64,000 nt of DNA from Candidatus Bathyarchaeota archaeon (lineage in GTDB: Archaea; Thermoproteota; Bathyarchaeia; Bathyarchaeales; Bathycorpusculaceae), in the NCBI GenBank assembly GCA_963702095.1, contig OY969706.1, forward strand, positions 1,888,001-1,952,000, given 5' to 3'. This document shows, piece after piece, positions 37,398 through 47,783 of this stretch; the stretch's first letter is position 1; each line of letters starts with the position of its first letter. The notes under the pieces are model-generated. The model was given only the letters and a program-made list of their open reading frames with translations. It had not been told where the DNA came from and made no database searches. The translations under genes were made by a program, and so were the position numbers.

Positions 37398-40313
37398 ATG
37401 GCTATGCCGTTAATGTACCCGCTAAAACATGTGTTTCGCAACTGGAAACTGTTCACAGCCCTCCTTATCGGTGTCACTTTGGCGGCAACCTTCTGCGCAG
37501 CCATCGGAGTAAAAGCCAACGTATCCGCCGAGCAAGCCCTCGACAAACAAATCAGCAACATAATAACCGACATGACCTTAAGCGCAAGCCTAAACCGGAC
37601 GAACCTTCCTTTAGCCTACCGCGACCTAACCACTGTTGAGGGCGTAAAAAGTGTAGATACGCTTGCATCCTTCCAATATTCAGTGCGAACATCGAGCGAT
37701 AACTATAGCACCTCATATTGGACGACGATGTATAGCTTTCCAAATTCTTCCCGCATTAACGGTGAATGGTTAAATAAACCCGTAGACGGCATCCCCCTGA
37801 ACTACACTTACATCGTCGCCGGCAGCAACTTAGCCCAAAAATTGCAGGTCGGCGACAACATAACCATGATGGTTAATTTTTACACTACCAAATACTCGAA
37901 CACCACCAGCTTTTACGTTAACTTAACCGTCGCCGGCTTCGCAGAGTTAACTGACACCGGTTATTCGCTTCTTTCCAATGGCGGCGGAAGCATCGTTTAT
38001 GCCGATGATCTTAGGGGATTCTCAAGTGCTTTGCCCACCTCAGGTTACGGCGGATACTACGGTGGCTATAGGAGCGACGGGATGCTCGTTGGCTGGGACA
38101 GCACTCTGGAGCAACTCTGGAGCAAAGCCTTAGAGGGTAGCATTGCACAGATAACCTTCTCTATTAATGTCGACCGCCAGAGCCTCATCAGTCCCTGGAA
38201 CATAGATGCCTCAATTGACAGTCTCAATATAGTCGAGCAGAGAATTCACAACATAGTGCTCGGAACCTCCTTGGAAAATGGTTATGTCTATAATTATTTA
38301 GGTAGCCAGCTTTCTTATTACCAGTACAGTTTCTCATCTATGCTTTATAGTTTCATTGTCGTATCAATCCCTGTTTTCTTCGTGGCTTGGTACTTGGGTT
38401 CTACCGTGTCGGACGTTTCCTTTAACATTCGCCGTAGAGAAATCGGCTTATTATCGACCAAAGGCTTATCGAGCGGTCAAATCCAGCGAATGTTCCTAAC
38501 TGAAGCAGTGGTGATCGGCGCCGTCGGCGGCGCACTGGGTGTGGTCGGTGGATTAATCTTAAACCAATACTACGCTGGCACCGTGGACCTAAATAGTCTC
38601 TTTGCAGGTAGAATGTTTGACCCAACCCTCGCATTGATCACAATCATATTCGGCATCGTTTTAGCCTTAGCTTCAGTGTTTTGGTCTAGCCGAAAAGCTT
38701 CCCGCATACCCGCCGTTGAAGCCCTCAGAGAATACATGCCTATCGAAACCAAATCACGCTTCCGATGGGTCGCTTGGGTAGCGCTCATCTTGGGCAGCTT
38801 CCAAATAGCTGTGTTACTTTCAGGCGTAAACGTACAACAGGCTATTGATCTATGGCGATATGGCGGCGGGGACACCATTATTGGACCCATACTTTCCGAT
38901 GTATGGCGTTACTTTAACGCTATAATGACTTTCCTTGCACCTTTCCTGTTCTTCTGGGGATTCACCAAAGTCGTTATCCGCGATTCCAGCAAATTCCAAG
39001 CGGTTGCATCCAAAATCTCCTCTGTCATGGGCGATTTAGGTGCCTTAGCAGCCAAGAATGTACGGCGAAATGCCGCTCGAATGGCAGCAATAGCATTCCT
39101 AATAGCATTAATCATAGGCTTTAGCGTTCAAGTCACTGGGCAAATCGCAAGCCAAGAAGACTACATCGTCCGAGAGGTACGCAATACTGTAGGCGCGGAT
39201 ATTTCTGTAAGTGAAGCTAACGCTACAAAGGGTCAAATCGTATTCAACGATATTTTAGGTAACGTCACAGGCATTAGCAACGCGACTATAGAGCGGTCGC
39301 TTTGGGTTCCAGTCCATGGCAGCTATAACACCGTCCAGATAAGAACAATTGACCCGAACACTTGGGCAAAATCCGCATATTACGAGCCTGAATGGTTCAC
39401 AGGAAACTCTGTGGACGAGATGATTCGGCAGATGAAGGGAAACAACGGCACCATCATACTTGACCGAAGCATCGCTAAACAGTTAGACAAAAAACTTTGG
39501 GACACAATAACCATCGACTTCAACTCGTGTCCACGTGAGCTCAAAATAGTCGGGTTCTTCGGACCCGAACCCAGTGATAGTGGCAACGGCTACTCGCCAG
39601 TACCCATCTACAACGGCGGTGGAATTAAAGACTCAACAAACTACCTCAACCCAATGTTCTACTCCTATGTCCCCACAGACATATTCAACATGACCTACTA
39701 CAGCCCCATCTACCACCTCGAATCCTTCAGCACAACCTACCTAATCAAACTTGAACCCGGAGCAAACGGCACACAAGTAACAAACCAAATACGCCAAGTT
39801 GCCCCCACCGAAATCTCCAGCGTCGACTCCTTCGACTACCAATGGCGCCAATCCCAAGCAAACAACAACCTCTACACGTACAGTAGCCTCCAAGTCCTCG
39901 ACATCCAAAACTTAGGCCTCGTCTTCGCAGTCCTCTCAGCATCCGTGGGCATGGCGTTGATTGCTGTGGTCAGCTTGAAAGAACGTAGCCGAGAAGCCAC
40001 CTTGATGAGTGTACGAGGCTTATCTTATCGGCAACTGGTTTGGATGTTCCTCACCGAGAACATGGCTATAATAACGTTCTCAGTTATCTTAGGTGCCGTC
40101 GTGGGCACAATACTGGTGTATGGCAGCGTGGTCTCAGCCAACAACACCCTCTACGTTAACCAACTGGTGACGCAACGCCTCGTATTCCCGCCGGATGTGG
40201 TGGGAACCATAGGCGTCTACATCGCCTTAATCTACGCTGCAACAATCGGCGCAATCCTGGTCATGTCACGTCAATACGTAACTAAACTCGAAAAGATGGT
40301 TAGAGCAAGATGA
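37398..40313 (+). CDS. ABC transporter permease, FtsX/MacB-like, duplicated
   Basis: RRREIGLLSTKGLS and ERSREATLMSVRGLS motifs; 971 aa. Confidence 0.9.
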   Translation: MAMPLMYPLKHVFRNWKLFTALLIGVTLAATFCAAIGVKANVSAEQALDKQISNIITDMTLSASLNRTNLPLAYRDLTTVEGVKSVDTLASFQYSVRTSSDNYSTSYWTTMYSFPNSSRINGEWLNKPVDGIPLNYTYIVAGSNLAQKLQVGDNITMMVNFYTTKYSNTTSFYVNLTVAGFAELTDTGYSLLSNGGGSIVYADDLRGFSSALPTSGYGGYYGGYRSDGMLVGWDSTLEQLWSKALEGSIAQITFSINVDRQSLISPWNIDASIDSLNIVEQRIHNIVLGTSLENGYVYNYLGSQLSYYQYSFSSMLYSFIVVSIPVFFVAWYLGSTVSDVSFNIRRREIGLLSTKGLSSGQIQRMFLTEAVVIGAVGGALGVVGGLILNQYYAGTVDLNSLFAGRMFDPTLALITIIFGIVLALASVFWSSRKASRIPAVEALREYMPIETKSRFRWVAWVALILGSFQIAVLLSGVNVQQAIDLWRYGGGDTIIGPILSDVWRYFNAIMTFLAPFLFFWGFTKVVIRDSSKFQAVASKISSVMGDLGALAAKNVRRNAARMAAIAFLIALIIGFSVQVTGQIASQEDYIVREVRNTVGADISVSEANATKGQIVFNDILGNVTGISNATIERSLWVPVHGSYNTVQIRTIDPNTWAKSAYYEPEWFTGNSVDEMIRQMKGNNGTIILDRSIAKQLDKKLWDTITIDFNSCPRELKIVGFFGPEPSDSGNGYSPVPIYNGGGIKDSTNYLNPMFYSYVPTDIFNMTYYSPIYHLESFSTTYLIKLEPGANGTQVTNQIRQVAPTEISSVDSFDYQWRQSQANNNLYTYSSLQVLDIQNLGLVFAVLSASVGMALIAVVSLKERSREATLMSVRGLSYRQLVWMFLTENMAIITFSVILGAVVGTILVYGSVVSANNTLYVNQLVTQRLVFPPDVVGTIGVYIALIYAATIGAILVMSRQYVTKLEKMVRAR

Positions 40314-41209
40314 GCGGACAAAACGTAAAAATCAGAGACTTAGTTAAGGTGCATCGCACTGGCAAAATAGAAGTCCAAGCATTAAGAGGCTTAAACCTCG
40401 ACATATCTTCAGGCGAACTCGTCTCCATCATCGGCCCCAGCGGCAGCGGCAAATCCACATTGCTAAACATCATAGGCGGCCTAGACAAAGCCACCGCAGG
40501 TACCGTAACCGTCGGCGACAAAACCGTAACCGACCTCTCTGTGCGTCAACTCGTCGATTACCGCAGAAGAATGGTTGGCCACATATTCCAAAACCTCAAC
40601 CTAATCCCAACGCTGTCGGCTCAGGAAAACATAGAGTTCTCCATGGTGGCTTCAGGCGTCAACCGAGGCAAACGCAAACAACGCGTACAGGAACTCCTAA
40701 AAACCGTCGGTTTAGAAGGCCGCGCCCAACATAGACCTGAAGAACTCAGCGGCGGCGAGCAACAACGCATCGCCATCGCCTCTGCATTAGCCAACGACGC
40801 ACCCGTCTTGCTGGCGGATGAACCCACCGGCGAATTGGACACTGCAAACGCACGGATAATCGCCGAGTACCTTGTGAAAATCAATCAGGACTTAGGCAAA
40901 ACCATCGTCATGGTTACCCACGACCCCAGCGTCGCCCGCGTCTCCACCCGCATATTGCGCATAGAAGACGGCATAATCAAAACCGCGTTGGCTCCATCGG
41001 AGGTTATTGGGCAGGAGAAAGCGCATTCTTACGTCGACCAGATTAAAGCGCGCATCGTTGAGATCAACGCTCAGATACAGCAGTTGGACAGTGAATTCCG
41101 CATGGAAAAGATAGATGGCGACGAATATGTGTTTAAACGCCAAAACCTAAAGCATGTTAAAGATAGTCTCAAAGAAGAATGCAGTCGCATGGGTGTCATC
41201 CCGCCGTAA
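40310..41209 (+). CDS. ABC transporter ATP-binding protein (LolD/MacB-like) with C-terminal coiled-coil extension
   Basis: GPSGSGKS, LSGGEQQR, LADEPTG and VTHD motifs. Confidence 0.95.
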   Translation: MSGQNVKIRDLVKVHRTGKIEVQALRGLNLDISSGELVSIIGPSGSGKSTLLNIIGGLDKATAGTVTVGDKTVTDLSVRQLVDYRRRMVGHIFQNLNLIPTLSAQENIEFSMVASGVNRGKRKQRVQELLKTVGLEGRAQHRPEELSGGEQQRIAIASALANDAPVLLADEPTGELDTANARIIAEYLVKINQDLGKTIVMVTHDPSVARVSTRILRIEDGIIKTALAPSEVIGQEKAHSYVDQIKARIVEINAQIQQLDSEFRMEKIDGDEYVFKRQNLKHVKDSLKEECSRMGVIPP

Positions 41210-41391
41210 CAGCAAAAAACCAACATCTAACGGCTGTTTTTTAGCCGGTTTTTCCTTCTATCGTTTGCTTGTTCTCTGTTAAGTTTTAAACAGAAGGGTT
41301 TTTTGAAAAAGTATTTCCCAATAGCTTAAGTATTACTACACAATACATAAAAGGTGGTTGCCAGAAGAAGTAGTCGGGGGATACCGTAGAC

Positions 41392-43356
41392 ATGGCTGAA
41401 CAGCTAGATAACTATGGCAGTGCAATTATAGTTGATGCATCCACCAAAGAGCCTCTCGATAAAGGTGCGCTTCTTCAACTTTTAAAAACTCACCATGTCA
41501 ACACTAGACCCGTAGAAGAAGATGAAATTTCCCTCAAAGAGGTTATCCCTACTCTGCGGAAGGCTAAGGTTGCGCTGCCGGAAGCCTTCTTCAAAGACCT
41601 CTCTAAGATTCTGGGCATGGACTTTGTAAGCGATTCTGAAATCACCCAACTCTACAAACACGAGCAACAAAGCAAACTTGTCACAGTCCTACCCTACCCC
41701 ATAATCAGCAAATACAAAATTATACCTCTAGACATACAGGGCGCCATCGTACATTTAGCCGTCGACAACCCCTTAGACCAACGCGTTCTGGTCACCCTCC
41801 AGTACCTGTTTGCTCAATGGAGAATCAACCTCCACGTGGTGTCATCCAAATCAATCGAGTGGGCAATCGATAACATATACAGCGAAATCCACAAGAAAAA
41901 AGCAATGCTAGACCTCTACAACCGCACACCTAACCAATCCGCCTACCGAGTGCTCTACCCAAACCAGAAATACTTCCTCATAGCCCTAACCGCAGCAGTA
42001 GTTGTCTCTGCGATTATCAGCTCTGCCCTAACTTTCATGGTGTTATTCGCAGCCGTAAGCATAGCTTACTTCATTGCTAACCCCATCAGAATCTATATTT
42101 CAATCCGAGGCTTCAAAGGAGGCCGAGCGCCAACCAAAATCACACGAGGTGAAATGCTCTGGACCTCTGACGAAGACCTCCCAGTATACACTGTCCTAAT
42201 CCCTGTTTTCCATGAAGCCGGTGTTTTAGCCCAAAACCTCTACAACATGTACCGGCTAAACTACCCCAAAGACAAACTGGACATAAAAGTCCTCATGGAA
42301 GAAAGCGACGAAGAAACAATCAACGAAGCCAAAGCATTGGGCTTGTTCGGCCTACCCCAGAAAAAGATCGAAGGTATTCCAAGCGAGAAATACTCTGAGT
42401 TCCTCAAACTCTTTGACCCCATCATTATTCCAAAAGCAGCAGTGACAACGAAACCGCGTGCCTGCAACTATGGGCTGCTACGTGCAAAAGGCGAGTTATG
42501 TGTCATCTACGATGCAGAAGACAACCCCGACCCTGATCAACTCAAAAAAGCCGCGATCGTTTTTCTACGGTTGCCTAAAGATGTTGTTTGCTTGCAGTCC
42601 AAACTAAACTTCTACAATGCAGACGAAAACATCCTAACTAAATGGTTCAGCATTGAATATGCCAATTGGTACGAGTTCTATTTGCAAGGGCTAGATTGGA
42701 TAGACGCCCCTATTCCCTTGGGCGGTACCAGTAACCATTTCCGCAAACAAGGACTCGATGATTTGGGCAGATGGGACCCCTATAACGTAACAGAAGACGC
42801 TGACATAGGCATCCGATTGGCTAGGCAGAACCTCAAGACTGAAATGCTTGATTCCTACACTTACGAAGAGGCGCCTATTGCCGTTAAAAGCTGGATTGTC
42901 CAGCGGTCACGATGGTTTAAGGGTCATTTGCAAACCTACCTTGTGCATATGCGGCAACCCCATAAATTGTATAAGGATTTGGGCACCGCAAAATTCCTTA
43001 AACTCCAATTAACCTTTGGAACCAGCATATACGTGCCCCTTGTAAACCCCTTCCTGTGGGCTCTTATGGCACTGACATTGGTTATGCCAACCTCCTTTGC
43101 CTGGTTGGTTCCCAGTTACCTGCAGCCGATTTGCCTCTTCAACCTAGTCGTGGGCAACCTCTCATTCCTTTCAATTTACGTGATAGCCTGCGTGAAACTC
43201 AAGAAAAACCGCTACATCCCCTATGCGCTTCTTATGCCCTGTTACTGGGCACTTCTAAGTTTCGCAAGTTGGAGAGGCTTAATACAGTTAATCAGAAAAC
43301 CCTTCCAATGGGACAAAACAAGCCACGGCGTCTCAAAGCAACAAAAAAATAGCTAA
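41392..43356 (+). CDS. GT2 processive glycosyltransferase with N-terminal T2SSE_N/MshEN-like domain
   Basis: TKPRACNYGL, IYDAED, GGTSNHF, NVTEDAD and QRSRW motifs; N-terminal LP..IISKYKIIPL...LAVDNPLD. Confidence 0.88.
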   Translation: MAEQLDNYGSAIIVDASTKEPLDKGALLQLLKTHHVNTRPVEEDEISLKEVIPTLRKAKVALPEAFFKDLSKILGMDFVSDSEITQLYKHEQQSKLVTVLPYPIISKYKIIPLDIQGAIVHLAVDNPLDQRVLVTLQYLFAQWRINLHVVSSKSIEWAIDNIYSEIHKKKAMLDLYNRTPNQSAYRVLYPNQKYFLIALTAAVVVSAIISSALTFMVLFAAVSIAYFIANPIRIYISIRGFKGGRAPTKITRGEMLWTSDEDLPVYTVLIPVFHEAGVLAQNLYNMYRLNYPKDKLDIKVLMEESDEETINEAKALGLFGLPQKKIEGIPSEKYSEFLKLFDPIIIPKAAVTTKPRACNYGLLRAKGELCVIYDAEDNPDPDQLKKAAIVFLRLPKDVVCLQSKLNFYNADENILTKWFSIEYANWYEFYLQGLDWIDAPIPLGGTSNHFRKQGLDDLGRWDPYNVTEDADIGIRLARQNLKTEMLDSYTYEEAPIAVKSWIVQRSRWFKGHLQTYLVHMRQPHKLYKDLGTAKFLKLQLTFGTSIYVPLVNPFLWALMALTLVMPTSFAWLVPSYLQPICLFNLVVGNLSFLSIYVIACVKLKKNRYIPYALLMPCYWALLSFASWRGLIQLIRKPFQWDKTSHGVSKQQKNS

Positions 43357-44045
43357 TGCGTGCCACCCTGATTGTCCATGATTTTGCTCCAAAATCTTCT
43401 TTTGGCAAAGATAAAAGAGGTAACACCCGTAATCAGCGTTGTAAACACTAGTATGACGTTGGCGGCTGTAACCCAACTGGGAACTTGTGTCATGGCAGCT
43501 AAAACTGCAAAAGACAGATACACAGAGAAGGCTCCGGTTACAATTTCCGCTGCAAAAATGGCTTTCCGCATACGATATGCCCCGGCTTTCATCCAGTTTA
43601 GAGTTGACTCAACCTTTTTGGAGGAATCAGGCAAATCGTCAAGTAACAAAGTCAAACCGCCTAGCATAAAAAACCTGCCCAAGTTTACCACCATGCTGGT
43701 GTCGTTGACAAAAAAAATCATAGTCAAGGGAGCAGGGGAAAAAACCAGCACAAAGGCGACAGCGCAGAGGATGACTAGGATTCCGTAGAAGTAGTGGTGA
43801 AAGAGAAACCTGCCTGTGTGGAGTTTTCTTCCGAGCAATGCGCTTGGGAATATGTTTATGACGGCTGCGATTATGGCGAGCCAGAATATGTTGCCGCTGA
43901 CCAAGTAAGGGTTGAAGGGCTGCCAATTTTGGTAGTACCAGTAGAACCCTGCCAAAACGCCCACGGAACATGCGATGGTGAGGAGCGCATTAAAAATTAG
44001 TGAAACACTGAATATTTTTTTACAAAGTATCCGCGCTCGAACCAT
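43353..44045 (-). CDS. Hypothetical membrane protein
   Basis: 230 aa with about 6 TM helices; FHHYFYG and LLLDDLPD motifs. Confidence 0.7.
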   Translation of the reverse strand: MVRARILCKKIFSVSLIFNALLTIACSVGVLAGFYWYYQNWQPFNPYLVSGNIFWLAIIAAVINIFPSALLGRKLHTGRFLFHHYFYGILVILCAVAFVLVFSPAPLTMIFFVNDTSMVVNLGRFFMLGGLTLLLDDLPDSSKKVESTLNWMKAGAYRMRKAIFAAEIVTGAFSVYLSFAVLAAMTQVPSWVTAANVILVFTTLITGVTSFIFAKRRFWSKIMDNQGGTH

Positions 44046-44192
44046 GCTGTGTCCTCGTTACTGGGATTCAAGAAAGCCAGAAGATTCACCTGCTCAAATA
44101 AAGTTTATGCCTGAATGATGCTGGAAACTGCAAAAAAATAAATGCAACTTTTAAAAAAACGGAGATAGAAATATTATCATGCGGTTTACTGA

Positions 44193-44912
44193 TTACATCT
44201 TAGGCGGAATGTAGGTTGTTGTACCATTCAATAGCATCGTTCCAACGACTTCTATCGGTGCAGAACCCAGCCACATGGGAATTGAGACACGCACCCATGA
44301 GGGCACATCAATATGCGACAAAGTAATTGTCCAGTTTGAACTTGGAATTACTGTTGTTTCGTTATGGGCAAAACCAGTAGCTATGGGGATAAACATCAAT
44401 GACATTGGCGGGATTGTAAAGTTACCTCCTAACGAATCTGGCAAAGTAACGTTAAAAGAGGCAGTCAAGTTAGCAAATAATGTTTGATCTTTCATCGAAA
44501 CCTGCAATTGACTCGCGTTAGCAGTGAAGAGATTCATCATAACTGGAGGCGTCCAAATGGGAGTACCATTGACTATACTTTTGACTGTAGACATAACAGT
44601 CTGATTAGTACCAGTCGAAACGATTGCAACCGGCAAATAAGAGTTCATTGTAGGCACCCAAAGATAAAATTCCATCACATTCGCGCCTTCAGTAGTCGAA
44701 GTGTTGTCGACCGCCATTATTGAAACCCTGAGGTTAACAGGATGACTTGGAACTCCTGGGGGTAACTGCATAGAAACAACAGCTCCGTTGCCGGTGTTTA
44801 CCAAGTTGTTTGATGGTATGGCTGTGGGTTGTGCTTGAGCAAAAATCGTAAGTGCAATTATTGTTACCATTGTTGATGCGAGAACAACCGCAATCGGAAT
44901 TCGTTTTCTCAA
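44193..44912 (-). CDS. Secreted hypothetical protein
   Basis: Signal peptide and many N-X-S/T sequons. Confidence 0.65.
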   Translation of the reverse strand: MRKRIPIAVVLASTMVTIIALTIFAQAQPTAIPSNNLVNTGNGAVVSMQLPPGVPSHPVNLRVSIMAVDNTSTTEGANVMEFYLWVPTMNSYLPVAIVSTGTNQTVMSTVKSIVNGTPIWTPPVMMNLFTANASQLQVSMKDQTLFANLTASFNVTLPDSLGGNFTIPPMSLMFIPIATGFAHNETTVIPSSNWTITLSHIDVPSWVRVSIPMWLGSAPIEVVGTMLLNGTTTYIPPKM

Positions 44913-45151
44913 CTAAAATCACCTCCAAAAAATCGTTGACTTGGGAAAATAGTTGAAGAAACCCGCCGCCTTTTTTGCGGTTTGGCGACGCACAATTTTC
45001 CATTTCCTTAAAGTCGCGGAATTATTAAAGGGTATTTTCAACCGTTAAACGTTCAAAGTGAGGGTACTCCAATCGCAAGAAAGACTGTCTTACGCTTCAA
45101 TGTTCTTTATGAAGAATAGCAATAAATTGGCTGCTTAATCAACAAAAATAC

Positions 45152-45571
45152 TCATGCGAGTAATAATTTGAAAATACCCAAAGCGAATCCAAGAAACGCT
45201 GTTGCAACAATAAATGTTCCACCCAAAAGCGCGGGGTAGAGTCTACTCGGTTTTAGCCCCAACAATCTACCCACTACCGCTAATTGTATTGGCGACAGGA
45301 CCAAAACACCCATTAGTATGCCAAAGGACCCGTACTTATCGATAATTTTTTGTCCTCTTCTGAGTCTTCTCTCGACCCAATTCCTGATGCCGACCCTCCA
45401 ATTCAGCAACTTATCCATAACAAGAACAACAATGATAATGGAAATAAAATTCAGTAGTATTGCAGCGGGAAAAACAACCACCGGATTGTACCCTACCCCC
45501 ACACCATAGATGATTCCCATGCCGCATTCAAGGAAAATGGACAACAATATGAAAAAGGCTATTTCGTACAC
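45152..45571 (-). CDS. Small multi-drug export family-like membrane protein
   Basis: 139 aa; IIDKYGSFGILMG motif. Confidence 0.65.
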   Translation of the reverse strand: MYEIAFFILLSIFLECGMGIIYGVGVGYNPVVVFPAAILLNFISIIIVVLVMDKLLNWRVGIRNWVERRLRRGQKIIDKYGSFGILMGVLVLSPIQLAVVGRLLGLKPSRLYPALLGGTFIVATAFLGFALGIFKLLLA

Positions 45572-45851
45572 CGTTGTTCCATCAGGTTAGGGATTGCTCA
45601 GGAACTGAATATTAATTTTTTGGAAAATCAGGGAAAAACGTCAAGTTGGCTATGGAGTCTTTGAAGTTTCGACTCCGCGGGTTGGATTGTCACAGAGAGC
45701 CTGTTTTGGTGGGGGATAAGTGTTTTTCTCCACATGCCCTGCATAGTCCATGTTGAAACGGCAACGGTGTGTATGTGGCACAACGTACCCAACACTTTTT
45801 CCCCGCAAACGGAAGAAAAAGCCTCAAAACAGATCTCAATGCGCCATTAAG

Positions 45852-46748
45852 TTAAGGATGAACACGCAGCCAATTCTTAACAACCTCAGAAACTGTCCGC
45901 TTCTGCTCAACACTGTACTTGGCGCTCATCTTTGGAATGATACTCTGGTAGAACCAGTGGTCAGCGTCACCGAACACATGAAGGTTTTTGTCGGTGGAAG
46001 CAAATTTCTCCAAAATCAACGTTGAACTACTGGGCAACGCAATGACATCTGACTCGCCATGCATTATCTGCACTGGCTTGTTGATTTTTGCGGCAGTTTC
46101 AGGCATCTTATCCACCAGTTTAGTTTGCACATTGAATAGGTAGCCTAAACCGAATTCTCTGGTGCAGAGCGGGTCTTCGGTGATGAGTGCGTATTCTTCG
46201 CTTCTGCGGAATGCTTCTGGCCACTTGTCAATTAAATCAAACATTTTGTGGTGTTGGATAGCTGGGGCAGCGGCCAGTTGGAGGGTGTCTGAGGTGGATA
46301 ATTTGAAGCCTGTCTCCAGGGGTGGCGAAGCAAGGATTAAACCGTCCAGTTGGTCAGGGTAGTAGGCGGCGTACCAAAGCGTGTAAGCGCAGCCTATGCT
46401 GTGCCCAAAAACATACAGTTTTTTGCCGGGGTTCCTGTTGTGAATGACGCTAACTACTTCATCGATGTCTTGTAGATGACGGTCAAACCCATGGGTGTCG
46501 CCTCTTGGTAGGTCAGGTTCTTTTGAGTTGCCAAAGCCTCGACGGTCAAAAGCGTACACTTCGGTGGAGAAGTTTGCTAGTTCAGGTCCCATGAATTGGA
46601 AAGCGCCTGAATGAACTTCGATGCCATGCATAAACAACACGACTCGTTCAGCCGCGCTTGTGGAGGGCCATCTTCTACAGAACAAATCGAAGTCATCGCT
46701 CATTCTGAGGCGTTCTTGCACTTGACCAAAAGCTTGAGGTGATTGCAT
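45852..46748 (-). CDS. Alpha/beta hydrolase (lysophospholipase-like)
   Basis: HGIEVHSG, DRRGFGNS, GHSIG nucleophile motif, HGESD and DH motifs. Confidence 0.9.
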   Translation of the reverse strand: MQSPQAFGQVQERLRMSDDFDLFCRRWPSTSAAERVVLFMHGIEVHSGAFQFMGPELANFSTEVYAFDRRGFGNSKEPDLPRGDTHGFDRHLQDIDEVVSVIHNRNPGKKLYVFGHSIGCAYTLWYAAYYPDQLDGLILASPPLETGFKLSTSDTLQLAAAPAIQHHKMFDLIDKWPEAFRRSEEYALITEDPLCTREFGLGYLFNVQTKLVDKMPETAAKINKPVQIMHGESDVIALPSSSTLILEKFASTDKNLHVFGDADHWFYQSIIPKMSAKYSVEQKRTVSEVVKNWLRVHP

Positions 46749-46883
46749 AATTTTAAAAACTCCACTCAGAAAAGGAGACTAGTGTATTTAGGGGTTTGTG
46801 ACTCTGGATGAGAACCACAAAACTACAGGACCCTCGCGTCCTAGGACACCAATGCAGATTTATTAGTTGATTACAAGTCTTAA

Positions 46884-47783
46884 ATGCCAACACCCAACCA
46901 CGGATTGTTAGTTATGTCCAAAGTTAATTCCATGCAGGAAAAAGCAAACGCCTTCGACCAAAACAACGCAGTAAAACGGGAAACTGAACTTGCATTCGGC
47001 TCACTTAAGCAGTTTAGACAGAAATATCCCTTCACTGAAAACCTCCGAGAAATCGAGTGGCTCAACCCTGACAAACTCTTCAAACTCAGCCCAGACGAAG
47101 TCGGCGAATTCTTCAAAAGCATCGAAGGCTTCCTAAAAAACCTCGGCTACACCCCACCCAACAGCTCCAACGTTTACCGCAACGCCCGACTCCAAATCAG
47201 CGACTTCAAAAACCTCCTACGCGCCGCCGTCGATGACCGCAAATCTTTGGCGCAGAAGGTGGATGCGCCATGGGAGCGAATCGGCGGCATAAGTCAAGAC
47301 AAAGCTCTGCCCAAAAAAATCATCTACTGCTTCAACTACGAAAAGGGCACCGTTTTGCCCATCTTTAGTAACCAGCATCTGCGGCACTTCACCAACCGCG
47401 TCGTGGATTACCCGACTGGGCAAACGAAGTATTTTTCGCATGGACAAGAATACGAATACTACACCACCGAGTTGCTGAAAACCAAAAACAGCCTTGCCAC
47501 CACTAAAGGCTGGAGTACACTTTACTTTGCCCGTTTTCTCTACGCAAGCTATCCACCGCCAGACAGCGAACCCATAGGCGATAATGCAGCTTCGGAGCGG
47601 AGACTCGGCGGCTTAGCAACCAACGAGCAGCTGGACCTGCAGGGTTTCATGAGGCTGCTTGGTGAACTACAGAAGCAGGGAAAAATCAATGGGGAACAAT
47701 TCAGGGAAAACAGGGCTTTATGGACCGCTCAGCCCAGTGAACGCGAAGCCCTAACAGAGCGGCTAAAGCGACTGCTTGCGTAG
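46884..47783 (+). CDS. Hypothetical protein
   Basis: 299-aa ORF with coding-like composition; no family recognised. Confidence 0.65.
   Translation: MPTPNHGLLVMSKVNSMQEKANAFDQNNAVKRETELAFGSLKQFRQKYPFTENLREIEWLNPDKLFKLSPDEVGEFFKSIEGFLKNLGYTPPNSSNVYRNARLQISDFKNLLRAAVDDRKSLAQKVDAPWERIGGISQDKALPKKIIYCFNYEKGTVLPIFSNQHLRHFTNRVVDYPTGQTKYFSHGQEYEYYTTELLKTKNSLATTKGWSTLYFARFLYASYPPPDSEPIGDNAASERRLGGLATNEQLDLQGFMRLLGELQKQGKINGEQFRENRALWTAQPSEREALTERLKRLLA

Noticed and set aside
45030-45060. Possible third copy of the TGRAACG operator upstream of the secreted gene at 44912
   Set aside because: Only a partial half-site with wrong spacing.
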